From an uncultured Candidatus Entotheonella sp. (GTDB taxonomy: Bacteria; Tectomicrobia; Entotheonellia; Entotheonellales; Entotheonellaceae): a DNA stretch of 64,000 nt. Positions within the stretch are counted from its first letter, which is position 1. The number at the start of each line of letters is the position of its first letter. The translations under genes were made by a program, and so were the position numbers. Of the stretch, positions 11,297-21,822 are shown one piece after another. Where the stretch lies: assembly GCA_965215335.1 (NCBI GenBank), contig CBDCDA010000002.1, positions 864,001 to 928,000 on the forward strand, read 5' to 3'. The notes below the pieces were generated by a model. It ran no database searches. It saw only the letters and a program-made list of their open reading frames with translations, and was not told the origin of the DNA.

Positions 11297-11437
11297 GGGG
11301 TCTCCCGTATCGTATCATGGGGACGGTCTTGCTGATCGGGGCAACCATCGTCCTGCCCGATCAGATGTCGATCACGAGCGAGCGTCGGTCTCGGCCATTG
11401 CGAGCCCTCGATTCCACCAACGAAGTCCGTCCAATCC

Positions 11438-12523
11438 TCACGCCACGCGGTAGCGCGACAAGACGTCGAGATCGATCTCCAATCCCAATCCCGGCCCTTG
11501 GGGCACGGCAAACAGGCCGTCCACGACCTGTGGTGCCTCGATGAACACGCTGGCTTCCTGCGGTGCGTACAGCACCTCCAGCCAAGGCGCGTGCGGGGTG
11601 GCCGCCACCAGGTGGGCGGTGGCCAGCAGGCCGGGTCCGAAGTAGGGGGAATGCGGCGCCACCTGGATGTTGCGGGCCTCGGCCAGCGTCGCCACCTTGC
11701 GCCATTCGCTGATGCCGCCCACCTTGGTGACGCTCGGTTGCACGAAGGCTGCGCAGCCGGACTCCATCATGTGCTGAAACTGGTAGACCGTGCAGGCGTT
11801 CTCGCCGGTGGCGATCGGCGTCTCGCTGGCCTGCCCGAGGTGTGCCAGCGCCTCGAAATCCTCCGGCGGCCAGATGGGTTCTTCCAGCCAATAGAGGTCG
11901 TAGGGCATGCACTGCAGGGCGATATCCAGCGCCTCGTCCGGCGCCCAGGCGCAATTGACGTCCAGCATCAGCGAGACGTCCTCGCCCGCCGCTTCGCGCG
12001 CCACGTGCACGCTTTCCGCGTCCACCTGATGCAGTTTGATGGCGTCGTAGCCCTCGTCCCGCGCCTGCGCCACGGCTTCGGAGACGTGCTCCGGCGCCGC
12101 ATAGCGAACCAGGCTGGCATAGGCCGGTACTTCGGCTGCCGCGGCGCCGCCGAACAGCCGGTACAACGGCAGGCCGGAGCTCTTGCCGGCCAGGTCCCAC
12201 AGCGCGATGTCCACCCCGCTGATGGCGAAGTTGGTGACGCCGTAGCGTCCGAACAGGTGGGTGTGGCGAAACATGCGGTCCTGCAGCACGGTGACCTGCG
12301 TGGCGTCGGCGCCGACGAGCATGGGCTTGAGGATCTCATGCACCACCGAGGCGGTGGCCTGCGGCACACCGTACCCGAATGCCTCGCCGTATCCCGTCAG
12401 GCCCGCATCGGTGTGCACGGAAATCATCACCTGGTTGAAATTTCCCCATGTCCACGGCATTTTCTGCTTGCCGGGCGCCATGGGGATGGCCAGCACGTGG
12501 GCTTGCACGTCGGTAATGTTCAT
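11438..12523 (-). CDS. mandelate racemase/muconate lactonizing enzyme family protein
   Basis: GLTGYGE, AISGVDIALWDL, KLH, DVN, WLEEP, GEN, KVGG. Confidence 0.9.
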   Translation of the reverse strand: MNITDVQAHVLAIPMAPGKQKMPWTWGNFNQVMISVHTDAGLTGYGEAFGYGVPQATASVVHEILKPMLVGADATQVTVLQDRMFRHTHLFGRYGVTNFAISGVDIALWDLAGKSSGLPLYRLFGGAAAAEVPAYASLVRYAAPEHVSEAVAQARDEGYDAIKLHQVDAESVHVAREAAGEDVSLMLDVNCAWAPDEALDIALQCMPYDLYWLEEPIWPPEDFEALAHLGQASETPIATGENACTVYQFQHMMESGCAAFVQPSVTKVGGISEWRKVATLAEARNIQVAPHSPYFGPGLLATAHLVAATPHAPWLEVLYAPQEASVFIEAPQVVDGLFAVPQGPGLGLEIDLDVLSRYRVA

Positions 12524-12681
12524 GGTGCTCTCCTGCTAACCGGGCGCCAGGGGCCCGGGAATCTTGTGAATTGGTGAATGTGCTATGATACGCACCCACT
12601 GAAACAGGTGCATCCTATCTCTACCCGCTCCCTTGGTCGGGAGCCAAACGTCTGTTGCACCATTACGGAAAGCTGATCCTC

Positions 12682-13851
12682 ATGCCACAAATCGAGGCCT
12701 GCTCGTTGTTCGACGCCGCGCGCGCCCTGGCGCCGCGGATTCGCGCCTGCGCGGACGAGATCGACGCCAACCGGGAGTTGCCGCGCCCGCTGTTCGAGGC
12801 ACTGGCGGACGCCGGGCTGTTCCACATGGCACTGCCGCGCGCCTTGGGATGCCCCGAGCTTGACCTCCCTACCTACATCCGGGTCATCGAGGAGATCGGC
12901 AAGGCCGACGCCAGCACGGGCTGGGTAATCAACCAGGGCGGCATCTTTGCGACCTTCGCGGCGCGCATGCCGCGCGCGGTGGCGCGCTCGATCTGGATCG
13001 ACACGCCGCGCAGCGTCGTCTCCAACACGCCGGCGCCGACGGCCCAGGCGGTCGTCGTGCCGGGCGGTTACCGCGTGACCGGCAACCAGGGGTTCAGCAC
13101 CGGCTGCAAGCATGCCTCCTGGGTGGCGCCGCATGCCCTCATTGTCGAGGATGGCCAGCCCCGGCGGCTCGAAAACGGGCAGCCGGAAACGCGCTACCTG
13201 TTCGTGCCGGTCGGCGAAGTGGAACTGCTCGATACCTGGGACGTACGCGGCCTGCGCGGCACCGGCACGCACCATTTCGCGGTGCGTGATGTCTTTGTTC
13301 CCAGGGAATTGAGCGTCCTCGCCGCCAGCGCGCCGGTTCTCGAGAACGGTCCCCTGTACCAAATCCCGCGCACCCTGATGTTCGCCTCGGGCGACGCTGC
13401 GGTGGCGCTGGGCATGGCGCGCGCCTGTCTGTCCGTGTTCCTCGAATTGGCGGGGACGAAAACGCCGCGCGCTACCGAGGGACTGCTGCGCGACCAGCCG
13501 ATGGTGCAGGCGGATGTCGGTCATGCCGATGCCAACCTGCGGGCCGGGCATGGTCTGTTGACCGAAACGGTACGCAACATCTGGGATGAGCTGCGTTCCA
13601 CGGGAACCCTGGGCATGGACCAGCGGGCCGCCCTGCGGATTGCCACGACGCACGCCATCCGCCTGGCCGTGCAGGTGATCGACATCATCTACAACGCCGC
13701 CGGAACGACTGCCATCTACGGTGTCCACTTCATCCAGCGCGCTTTCCAGGATATCCACGTCATCAGCCAGCACGCCCAGGCCCGGCGCGGGCTTTACGAA
13801 CTGGTTGGGCGGCACTGGCTGGGTCTGGCGGTGGATACCTCGAAGCTCTGA
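12682..13851 (+). CDS. flavin-dependent monooxygenase, acyl-CoA dehydrogenase fold (HsaA-like)
   Basis: DASTGW, FSTGC, DTWDVRGLRGTGTH, QRAFQDIH. Confidence 0.85.
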   Translation: MPQIEACSLFDAARALAPRIRACADEIDANRELPRPLFEALADAGLFHMALPRALGCPELDLPTYIRVIEEIGKADASTGWVINQGGIFATFAARMPRAVARSIWIDTPRSVVSNTPAPTAQAVVVPGGYRVTGNQGFSTGCKHASWVAPHALIVEDGQPRRLENGQPETRYLFVPVGEVELLDTWDVRGLRGTGTHHFAVRDVFVPRELSVLAASAPVLENGPLYQIPRTLMFASGDAAVALGMARACLSVFLELAGTKTPRATEGLLRDQPMVQADVGHADANLRAGHGLLTETVRNIWDELRSTGTLGMDQRAALRIATTHAIRLAVQVIDIIYNAAGTTAIYGVHFIQRAFQDIHVISQHAQARRGLYELVGRHWLGLAVDTSKL

Positions 13852-13898
13852 ACCCATCCCATTGTCGTGAAAATGGTCCCTTCCGATGTGCCAGGCCA

Positions 13899-13998
13899 GT
13901 CATTCCGGGCCTGGCCCGGAACAGGCCTTTCGAATCAAGTCCTTTGCATGCTCAAACGCGCTGGAAAAACCCTGGACTCCGGCTTCCGCCGGAGTGAC
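13899..13998. repeat. pair of inverted REP-like palindromes between convergent genes
   Basis: GTCATTCCGGGCCTGGCCCGGAA ... CTGGACTCCGGCTTCCGCCGGAGTGAC. Confidence 0.6.
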
Positions 13999-14014
13999 GG
14001 TTAAGGCGAGATGA

Positions 14015-14668
14015 TTACCACGCGTGTTCGCGTCCGTCCCAGGTCCAGAAGCGCCCGTGTTCGGCTGCCGTCAGGCCGGCGATGACCCGCCGCATGCCGG
14101 TAACGCTTTCCTCTACGGACAGCGTGGCGCTGCGTCCGCCCATAGCCGTGCGAACCCAGCCGGGATGCATGACGATGGCGATCAGTCCCTCGGCGCCCCA
14201 GGCCGGCGCCAGCTCGCGGAAGCGGTCGTTCAGCGCCGCCTTGGATTCGCCGTAGGTTCCCAAACGCCGATTGCTGCCGTAGCGGGCCCCGAGCTGACTC
14301 GTCATCAAGACGATTTTCTTGTCACGGCCGCGCCGCACCGCGTCCAGCAGAGCCGCGGTCACGCGCACCGGCGCCTCGGCGTTGATCGCCATGACCTCCG
14401 CGTGGCTCAGGCCGCGGTCCATGACGCCGGCGTTGTGGATCAGCACATCGACGCCTTCGGAAGCAACGTCGGCGGCCAGGGTGGCGGCCTGATCGGCCTG
14501 GCGCACGTCGAGCTCGTGCAGCACCACGCCGGCAAGCCGGCCCAGGGCGCCGGGGTGATCCGGGGTGCGGGTCGTGGCATGCACGCGCCAGCCGTCGGCG
14601 GCGTACTGGCGCGCCAACTCCAGCCCGATGCCGCGGCTCGCCCCGATGACCATCACGGTGCTCGTCAT
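14015..14668 (-). CDS. SDR oxidoreductase (CsgA/C-factor-like)
   Basis: GASRGIG, NAG, YGESK, HPGWVRTAMGG. Confidence 0.88.
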   Translation of the reverse strand: MTSTVMVIGASRGIGLELARQYAADGWRVHATTRTPDHPGALGRLAGVVLHELDVRQADQAATLAADVASEGVDVLIHNAGVMDRGLSHAEVMAINAEAPVRVTAALLDAVRRGRDKKIVLMTSQLGARYGSNRRLGTYGESKAALNDRFRELAPAWGAEGLIAIVMHPGWVRTAMGGRSATLSVEESVTGMRRVIAGLTAAEHGRFWTWDGREHAW

Positions 14669-14676
14669 GCGCGGTC

Positions 14677-15705
14677 CTACGTGACTTCGAGGGTGGGATT
14701 GCGCAGCGGAGCGGCAAACTGCGTCTCGTCCAGGGGGATGGCGTCTTTCTGGTAGACCTGGATGCGGTAGGATTCGTAGTCGGCGATAAAGAGCCGGAAC
14801 TCGTCGTCGACGCGCACCGAGCGCGGCCGGCGCAGATATTGTTCCTGTTCCAGCCTGCCGGCCTCGCGCAGGCGGTTGGAGACCGCGTTGGTCAGCATGT
14901 AGCTGCGAGCGACGCGGGACAGCGAGGCGTTGCCGCGGAAGCTCCACACGTAATGGCCTTCGGCGTTGAACATCTGCACGCGGTTGTTGCCCCAGTCGGC
15001 CACGTAGATGTCGCCGTGGGCATCGACGGCGATGCCGGTCGGCCGGTCGAATTCGCCCTCCCCATCGCCCGGCCCGCCGATCGCCTGCTTGAACTCGCCG
15101 CTGCCGGAAAACACCTGGTAGCGGTCATTGCCCCAGTCGGCCACGTAGATGTCACCCATCTCGTCCACGTGCACGCCCCACGGCAGGTTGAACTGCCCCG
15201 GTGCCGACCCGTAGGAGCCGAAACCGTCCAGGTACTTGCCATCGGCGGTAAACTGCTGCACGCGGTGGTTGCGGGAATCGACCACGACCATGTTGCCGTC
15301 GCCGTCGAAGGCGATGCCGGTCGGCCCGTTCAGCTCACTCTTGGCGGTGCCTTCGGTGCCCCATTTGCCCAGGAATTCGCCGTCCTGGCCGAACCGCGTG
15401 ATGCGGTGGGTGGCTTCATCGCTGACGTAGAGGTCGCCGTTGCCGCTGGTGATGACCTGCACCGGCCAGATGAACTGCCCGTCGCCGGACCCGTAGCCGC
15501 CGATCTGCTTCAGGTCGTCGGTCTGCTGCTCCATGTCCGCCAGCGGCCAGACACGAATCAGCGTTATCCCTTCGGAGCGGCACAGGACGTACACCGTGTC
15601 ATCCTTTCCGAAGGCGATATCCGTCGGGAAGTTGGTGATGCGGCGCATGCCGAGGGTTTTCAGATACGGATACCCTGCTCTCAATAATCCATGTGGGCGT
15701 GTCAT
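14677..15705 (-). CDS. NHL-repeat beta-propeller protein
   Basis: Repeated F..P.GIA.D..G.IYVADWGN.RVQ.F units. Confidence 0.88.
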   Translation of the reverse strand: MTRPHGLLRAGYPYLKTLGMRRITNFPTDIAFGKDDTVYVLCRSEGITLIRVWPLADMEQQTDDLKQIGGYGSGDGQFIWPVQVITSGNGDLYVSDEATHRITRFGQDGEFLGKWGTEGTAKSELNGPTGIAFDGDGNMVVVDSRNHRVQQFTADGKYLDGFGSYGSAPGQFNLPWGVHVDEMGDIYVADWGNDRYQVFSGSGEFKQAIGGPGDGEGEFDRPTGIAVDAHGDIYVADWGNNRVQMFNAEGHYVWSFRGNASLSRVARSYMLTNAVSNRLREAGRLEQEQYLRRPRSVRVDDEFRLFIADYESYRIQVYQKDAIPLDETQFAAPLRNPTLEVT

Positions 15706-15736
15706 AAGTCGCTCTCCCTGCTGCCGCCTGCTCGGG

Positions 15737-16876
15737 CTAGCAAGCCTTGAAGGGCGTCAGTTGCTCGAACGTGCCCTTGACGATCGGCTTGGCCTCGACG
15801 CCCATCCATTGTTCAAGGACCGTCCCGTAGACGCCGCGGAAATCGATCGTGTGCTTCAGGTCCTCACCGTGCTCCCAATCGGCGGGGTCGAGCGACGGGT
15901 ATTCCGCATACAGGCCGCCGTTCACCTGGCTGCCGAACAGGAAGGCGCCACCGCCGGAGCCGTGATCGGTGCCGCTGCCGTTGTCGCGCATGCGTCGCCC
16001 GAACTCCGTGAACACCAGCATGGTGACGTCATCCGCGGCGCCGTGTTCTTCCAGGTCATCGAAGAAGTCCGCGATGGCGCCGGAGAGCTCCTGCATCAGC
16101 CTGGGATGCGTCGGCATCTCGTTGGCGTGCGTATCGTAGCCGCCGTGGGCGGTGTAGAAGATACGGGTGCCGAGGCCGGCCAGGTGGATGCGGGCCACGT
16201 CGCGGAGGTTCTTGGCGATGACGTTGTCGGCATACTCGACCGTGGATTCATATTTGTCGGCCACGTCCGCCAGCAGGTCGGCGCCCTTGAGGATGTCGAT
16301 GCCGGTCTTGCCGATGTATTCCGCCACCGGGCCGGTACCGACTGCCTGATCGTAGATGTTCCTGAACGTCGCGAGGGACTTGTTGCGCAGCGTTTCCTTG
16401 TGCAGCCGGTTCATGACGCCGTAGCTTTCCAGGTCGCCGATCGAGGTGACCGGCACGCCGGTCACGGCCATGGCGCGGGGCAGGCCCATGCCGATATTGA
16501 CCCCGGTCAGGACGTTTTCAGCCGGCGGGTCCAGTTCACGCACGGCCAGCCCGACCCAGCCCTCGTTGCCCACTCTGTCGGGCTCGCAGGTGTGCCAGAT
16601 GTCCATACCGCGAAAGTGCGAGCGGTTCGAGTTCGGGTAGCCGATGCCCTGGATGATCGCCATCCTGCCTTCGTCGTACAGCCGCTTCAGGGGCGCCGCG
16701 TGGGCGTTGAGGCCGAGGGCGTCGTTGATCGGCAGCACCTGATCCTGCTGGACGACGATCTTCTTGCGGGCGTCGTAGTAGTGCTCGCTAGTGTACGGAA
16801 CCACGGTGTTCATGAAGTCGTTGCCGCCGGTCAACTGCACGACGACTAGCGTGTTCCCGGTTTTATTCGCGCTCAT
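15737..16876 (-). CDS. DUF1501 domain protein
   Basis: QLTGGND, GYPNSNRSHF, GGYDTH, EFGRR..NGSGTDHG, IDFRGVY. Confidence 0.88.
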   Translation of the reverse strand: MSANKTGNTLVVVQLTGGNDFMNTVVPYTSEHYYDARKKIVVQQDQVLPINDALGLNAHAAPLKRLYDEGRMAIIQGIGYPNSNRSHFRGMDIWHTCEPDRVGNEGWVGLAVRELDPPAENVLTGVNIGMGLPRAMAVTGVPVTSIGDLESYGVMNRLHKETLRNKSLATFRNIYDQAVGTGPVAEYIGKTGIDILKGADLLADVADKYESTVEYADNVIAKNLRDVARIHLAGLGTRIFYTAHGGYDTHANEMPTHPRLMQELSGAIADFFDDLEEHGAADDVTMLVFTEFGRRMRDNGSGTDHGSGGGAFLFGSQVNGGLYAEYPSLDPADWEHGEDLKHTIDFRGVYGTVLEQWMGVEAKPIVKGTFEQLTPFKAC

Positions 16877-16893
16877 GTTTCTCCCTTTCCCCC

Positions 16894-18297
16894 TCAGGCG
16901 AATTGATAGTCCACGGTGGATGCCGCCATCTGCAGCAGGTTGTGGACGCCGGCGGCATTTTGCCCGCCGTCTTCCATGCTCTTGAGTTCCTCGGTGTAGG
17001 CCGTCAACGCCGCGTGGGTTTCGTCGCTGACCTTGACGCCGCCCAGCAGGTCGAGGCAACGGGCGACCACTTGCCCGGGCTCGTCGTCCAGGCTGCCGGC
17101 GCGCGCGACGATGTCCTGGACGCCCGGCTTGGAGCCGTCGGCGAACTGCCGCTCGACGAAGCCGATGCGTTCGCTCAGGGTGCCGGAGTCGATCCACTCG
17201 TGCCCCGTATGCCACCCCTCGACGGTCGGCGGGTTGAGCAATCGCTGGCCCATGATCGCCATGGTTCCCTCGTACAGCGAGCCGTTCAGCGTCGTGACCG
17301 CGAACTCGTGCAGGCCGGGTGTCGGCGACTGGAATTCGCCCGTCTGCTTCAGCACGCCGGCGACCAGCTCGGTCGGGCTTTTCACCTTGGGCCGGTCCAC
17401 GGCTTCCTTGAAATAATCGGCGTTGAACAGCGCCCCGAGCACGGCGCGCATGTCGCCCCGGGTGTCCATGAAAATGCCGGACAGGTGCTCGATGGCCGCC
17501 TCGTTCCTGGCCGGCACCGTCGCCCAGGACGGCACCTGCACCTCGTCTTCGACAAAGAAGTTGTAGAGGTGGCGGGAAATGAAGCGGGCCGTGGCCGGCT
17601 GCTTGACGATGATGTCGATGATGTCGTCGCCGTTGAGGTTGCCGGTCTCGCCCAGGAACGTTTTCGGGCCGTCGTCGTGGTCGTCGGGGCGGAACTCGAA
17701 CTCGGCGGGGTAGTGACCGACAGGATAGAGCGACAGCGGCTGGCGGAACGTCCAGCCGGTGAAGGCGCGCGAGGCGTTCTTGATGTCGTCCTCGGTGTAG
17801 TTGCCGACGCCCATGGAGAACAGTTCCAGCAGCTCCCTGCCGTAATTCTCGTTGATTTCGTTCCGGTGGTTTTCGTTGTTGTCGAGCCAGAAGATCATGG
17901 CGGGGTCGCGCGACAGCTCCAGCAGGATGGTGCGCATGTCCGTCATGGCGACGCTGCGGAACATGTCGACCTGTCGGTAGATGGAGGGGCCGTGCTCGCT
18001 CTTGCCCCAGGCGACGGGAAAGATATGGTGCAGGAACAGGGCCATTTTCTCTTCCAGGGGGCGCTGCGTGTTGAGCATGCGGTACAGCCACTTGCCGACG
18101 TGGATGGCCACCAGCTCACCGCCGTAGTAGCGGTCCACGAGGGACGTGTCGATGGCGGGAAAGCGTTCGGGATGGATGAGATCGTCGACGATTTCTTCAT
18201 AAGTCTTGTCTCGGGTCAGGACATCGAGTTCGTCCGGCGTGGCGCCGAATCCGGCGCGCCGCATCAGATGGGCTACCAGTGAACGAACAGATTTCAT
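16894..18297 (-). CDS. DUF1800 domain protein
   Basis: HLMRRAGFG, NENYGRELLELFSMG, YTEDDI, KVKSP, PPTVEGW. Confidence 0.9.
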   Translation of the reverse strand: MKSVRSLVAHLMRRAGFGATPDELDVLTRDKTYEEIVDDLIHPERFPAIDTSLVDRYYGGELVAIHVGKWLYRMLNTQRPLEEKMALFLHHIFPVAWGKSEHGPSIYRQVDMFRSVAMTDMRTILLELSRDPAMIFWLDNNENHRNEINENYGRELLELFSMGVGNYTEDDIKNASRAFTGWTFRQPLSLYPVGHYPAEFEFRPDDHDDGPKTFLGETGNLNGDDIIDIIVKQPATARFISRHLYNFFVEDEVQVPSWATVPARNEAAIEHLSGIFMDTRGDMRAVLGALFNADYFKEAVDRPKVKSPTELVAGVLKQTGEFQSPTPGLHEFAVTTLNGSLYEGTMAIMGQRLLNPPTVEGWHTGHEWIDSGTLSERIGFVERQFADGSKPGVQDIVARAGSLDDEPGQVVARCLDLLGGVKVSDETHAALTAYTEELKSMEDGGQNAAGVHNLLQMAASTVDYQFA

Positions 18298-18426
18298 CTT
18301 GCGACCTTTCTCCGTTCAGGGTCCGACGATGAAGCGGAGCCTGGATGGTTGAGAGGGGTGAAAGCCGTTTACGTCGTGGCGCATTATAACGAGAGTATCC
18401 CGCCGAGTTCAACGCTGCCAGACGAT

Positions 18427-18972
18427 CTAGCCGGCGGACGCCATGAGGCTGAACAGCGAGACGCGGAAGCGCACCGAGAGCAGTTGCCGGTTATCGCGCG
18501 TCGGCTTGGCGTGCAGGCGCTTGATCTTGAGAACTTGCGACGACCTTTCCACCCGGTGGAGGTATTCGACGAGTTGCGCGAGGGTGACCCCCTCCATCTT
18601 GACCTCCACCGAGTCTTCCTTGTAGACGGTGTTGGGCGGGCTCGCGACGGTATTCATGGATTGGATCTTGTCCTGAATGCCGGTCTGTCCGGCCACCTTT
18701 TCCAGATGCGAGAAGATGGTGAAGGCTCTGGGCTGCCGTCTCAGCTGCGCGTCGATGCGGTCAATGACCTGCTTCTGACGCTGGTAGTTGCCGCGCAGGG
18801 TCTGCAACTCCGCAAGCTGGCGACCGGTGGTGGCGAGCCGGCGGTTCAGGCTGGCGCCGCGCGCCAGGATGGGGTCAATGACGAGGGTGAACAGTGCCGC
18901 CACCAGCACCAGAATGCCGGCGCTGACCACGAGAATCTGTTCGCGTCGCTGCAGCATGTGGAAGTAGTTCAT
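18427..18972 (-). CDS. gspM: type II secretion system protein M
   Basis: LQRREQILV N-terminus, single TM, EVKMEGVTLAQLVEYL; follows gspL. Confidence 0.8.
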   Translation of the reverse strand: MNYFHMLQRREQILVVSAGILVLVAALFTLVIDPILARGASLNRRLATTGRQLAELQTLRGNYQRQKQVIDRIDAQLRRQPRAFTIFSHLEKVAGQTGIQDKIQSMNTVASPPNTVYKEDSVEVKMEGVTLAQLVEYLHRVERSSQVLKIKRLHAKPTRDNRQLLSVRFRVSLFSLMASAG

Positions 18973-20468
18973 GACGTTCCCTCCAGGCCGTTCACCGCAC
19001 GGAGGCTGAGCTTGAATTGCACCGTGCTGTCCAGTCCTTGCCGGGTATTGTTGATCGTCACGTCGCTCAGGAGGGGCGAGGCGGCGAAGGCGTTCCGCAG
19101 CTTGACGACATTATCGTAGGAGGCCGTGCTGGCGCTCAATTCAATCATGTCGCCGTTGATGGTCAGATCGTCGACCTCGACTCCCAAGGACGCCGGTACA
19201 CGGCCGCTCAGTTCGCGCAGGATCTGGAGCCTGGAAAGCTGCGCTCCCGTCAGGCCGCCGAAGGCGCGCAGGCGTTTGTCGAGGTGGCGTATTCTTTCAC
19301 GCATCTGCGCCACCGGCTGCACCATGCGGGTGTTCGGCAGCACGTGGCTGAAAGCCTTGGCGATACCGTCCTGCAAGCGCGCCAGACGGCGGGCCTTGTA
19401 ATGATTTTGCAGGTACAGATTGGCCAATCCCAGACCCACGACGGCGACGCCCAGAACGCCCAGGGTCATGAACTGGCCGCGCCATTCGCGCAGATTGCCG
19501 TGTGGCGCAAACTCCCCCTGGCGCAGATTCAGCCCCCGAACCTGGCGGTGCAGGCCGCGCAACGCCATGCCGAGCGCGATGGCGTGAGGGGCCGGGCCGG
19601 GTGCCGCGCTGCCGGCATTGGCCGGTTTGTAGCCTGGCGCCTCGAACCGCCACACTTGCGTCTGCACGCCGGTGGCCTGGTTCAGGCCGACCGCCAACGG
19701 TCCCAATTGCTCGTGGTCGGCGCCGAGCAGCAGCAGCAGGTCCGGTTCGTAAGTCAGTTGCACGGCGTGCTCGCAGGCGTACAGCGTATGCTGAAGTTGC
19801 TTGCCCAGCTTCTGCGCATCCGGCGAGTTTCCGTTGTCTGCCGGCAGGCCCTGAGCCAGGCTGCGCGCGAACACCGGCACGCCGTCTTGCAGCAAGGTCA
19901 GCAGCGTTCGCTCCGGGTGTATGTAGAGGAGGGCGGTCTTGCCCGGCACGCCGTTGCCGCCCAGCACGGCAGCGTTGGCCAGACTGAAGACATCGAGGTC
20001 GAGCACGTTGGGTTCCAGACCGGCGCCCCTGAGCAGCGCCAGGCCGTCGGCAATCTCATGCCTGGGCATCCCCGCTACCAGGACCTGCGTCTGCCGCGGG
20101 ACTTGTTGCACCGGCAGCGGGCGAAAATCCACCACCACGTCCTCCGGCTCGAAGGGCATGTGCTCGTCCAGCGCGAAGGTAATCATCTGGCGAATGCGTC
20201 GCAGGTCGCGGAACGGCAGCGTCAGGTTGCGCAGAACGGCGTGGTGCGCTGGCAGTGCTGCCAGCGCCGTGTCGCCCCGCAGGCTGTGTGACGCCACCAG
20301 TTGCCGTACCGTTGCGTGCCGCAGCGCGGCTTGTTCATCCACGTCGTTGTGCATCGGCAAGGGCTGGCGCAGCGCCAGGGTGACGTCGTACCCCTTGCCA
20401 TGGCCGGTCAGCCGCACCATTTCGATATGGTTGTCCGCCAGGGCGATGCCGAGCACCTGTCGTGGCAT
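18969..20468 (-). CDS. gspL: type II secretion system protein L (PilM-like + PilN-like domains)
   Basis: RNLTLPF..I..MI.FAL.EHMPF, GMALRG..LNLRQGEF, one TM. Confidence 0.8.
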   Translation of the reverse strand: MPRQVLGIALADNHIEMVRLTGHGKGYDVTLALRQPLPMHNDVDEQAALRHATVRQLVASHSLRGDTALAALPAHHAVLRNLTLPFRDLRRIRQMITFALDEHMPFEPEDVVVDFRPLPVQQVPRQTQVLVAGMPRHEIADGLALLRGAGLEPNVLDLDVFSLANAAVLGGNGVPGKTALLYIHPERTLLTLLQDGVPVFARSLAQGLPADNGNSPDAQKLGKQLQHTLYACEHAVQLTYEPDLLLLLGADHEQLGPLAVGLNQATGVQTQVWRFEAPGYKPANAGSAAPGPAPHAIALGMALRGLHRQVRGLNLRQGEFAPHGNLREWRGQFMTLGVLGVAVVGLGLANLYLQNHYKARRLARLQDGIAKAFSHVLPNTRMVQPVAQMRERIRHLDKRLRAFGGLTGAQLSRLQILRELSGRVPASLGVEVDDLTINGDMIELSASTASYDNVVKLRNAFAASPLLSDVTINNTRQGLDSTVQFKLSLRAVNGLEGTS

Positions 20469-20499
20469 GAGCGCGTGCCTTTCGCCGAGTTGTGGCGCG

Positions 20500-21726
20500 T
20501 CAGCGGATCGTCGTATTGAGTTCGAAGATGGGGAGCAGGACGGCCAGCATGATGCCGAACACGACAATCGCCATGAGCACGATGATGACCGGCTCTACCA
20601 GCGAGGTCAGGCCCTCGACGCTCGCGCGCACCTCGTTGTCGTAATTGTCGGCCACCCGCAGCAGCATTTCTTCGAGTCGCCCGGTTTTTTCGCCGACCGC
20701 TATCATGTGCGACACCAGCGGCGGGAAATGACCGCTGGCCTGCAAGGGCGCGGCGATCGTGGCGCCCTCGCGGATTTCCGCCTGGGCGCGCTGGATGGCG
20801 TCCGAAAGTACCGTGTTGTTGACCACGGCGCGGGCGATCTCCAGGGCGTCGAGGAGCGGGATATCGCTGTGCAGCAGCATGCCCAGGGTGCGCGTGAAGC
20901 GCGACATGGCCATGCGCAGCGCCAGCTTGCCGACGAGCGGGGCGCGTATCTTCCAGAGGTCGAACCGCCGCGCTCCGCGAGCCGTGCGCCGGTAGCGTTG
21001 CACGGTCAGGGTCACGCCGAAAGCGGCCAGGCCCATCACCCACCAATACGCTTTGAGGAAGTCGCTGACCGCGATGAGGAAGCGCGTCGGCAGCGGCAGG
21101 GTGGCGCTCATGTGACTGAAGATCACGGTCACGGTCGGCACGACGTAGGTCAGCAGCGCCAGCAGCACCAGGCCGCCGATGACGAGCATGAAGAGGGGGT
21201 AGTACATCTTGGCGGTGATCTGGTTGTGGGTGTCGCGTTGCCGCTCGGTCAAATCCGCCAGCCACAGCATGACCAGCGGCAGAGTGCCGCTGGTCTCGCC
21301 GGCGCGCGCCATGTTGACGAACAGGCTCGAGAAAACTCTCGGGTGCTGCTCCAGCGCTGCTGCCAGGCTGCTGCCCTCGTTGATGCTCTCCCGCACCTGG
21401 ATGAGTGTCTTTTGCAACTGCCGGTTGTCCGTTTGCTCGATCAGCGCCGTCAGCGCCTCGACCACGGTCAGGTCGGCCGCCATCAGGGTGGCGAACTGGC
21501 GCGTCATCACCGTCAGATCCTGTGGCCGCACGCGTTGCAGCAGCGAGAAGCCCGACAGGTTGCGCCCGCCGGTCTGCGACTCGGCCTCGGCGGTCTCCAG
21601 GATGTCGGTGGCGAACAGGCCCGCCTGCCGCAGCTTGCCGCGCGCGGCGCGCGGGCTGTCGGCGTTGATGACCCCCCTGGTCCGCTTGCCGCGTTCGTTG
21701 AGCGCGCTGTAGGTGTATACCGGCAT
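20500..21726 (-). CDS. gspF: type II secretion system inner membrane protein F
   Basis: MPVYTYSAL..GK, AGETSG, MIAVGEKTG.LEEML, EPVII. Confidence 0.93.
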   Translation of the reverse strand: MPVYTYSALNERGKRTRGVINADSPRAARGKLRQAGLFATDILETAEAESQTGGRNLSGFSLLQRVRPQDLTVMTRQFATLMAADLTVVEALTALIEQTDNRQLQKTLIQVRESINEGSSLAAALEQHPRVFSSLFVNMARAGETSGTLPLVMLWLADLTERQRDTHNQITAKMYYPLFMLVIGGLVLLALLTYVVPTVTVIFSHMSATLPLPTRFLIAVSDFLKAYWWVMGLAAFGVTLTVQRYRRTARGARRFDLWKIRAPLVGKLALRMAMSRFTRTLGMLLHSDIPLLDALEIARAVVNNTVLSDAIQRAQAEIREGATIAAPLQASGHFPPLVSHMIAVGEKTGRLEEMLLRVADNYDNEVRASVEGLTSLVEPVIIVLMAIVVFGIMLAVLLPIFELNTTIR

Positions 21727-21822
21727 GACCGCTTGTCCTCGCAACGGCCGCCCGACCTCATGCCGGGAGCGACGTTGCAGTCTCTCCGCTGCCGGATTCC
21801 GTTTGTTCCGGCCGGTGGGAGT

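Noticed and set aside
11332..11364. Inverted repeat CTGATCGG..CCGATCAG between enolase-family and CMD genes
   Set aside because: Ordinary intergenic hairpin with no further supporting signal
15737..18091. 784-aa ORF suggesting a fused DUF1501 protein
   Set aside because: The N-terminal ~400 aa is an off-frame overlap of DUF1800; the real start is at 16876 with an RBS
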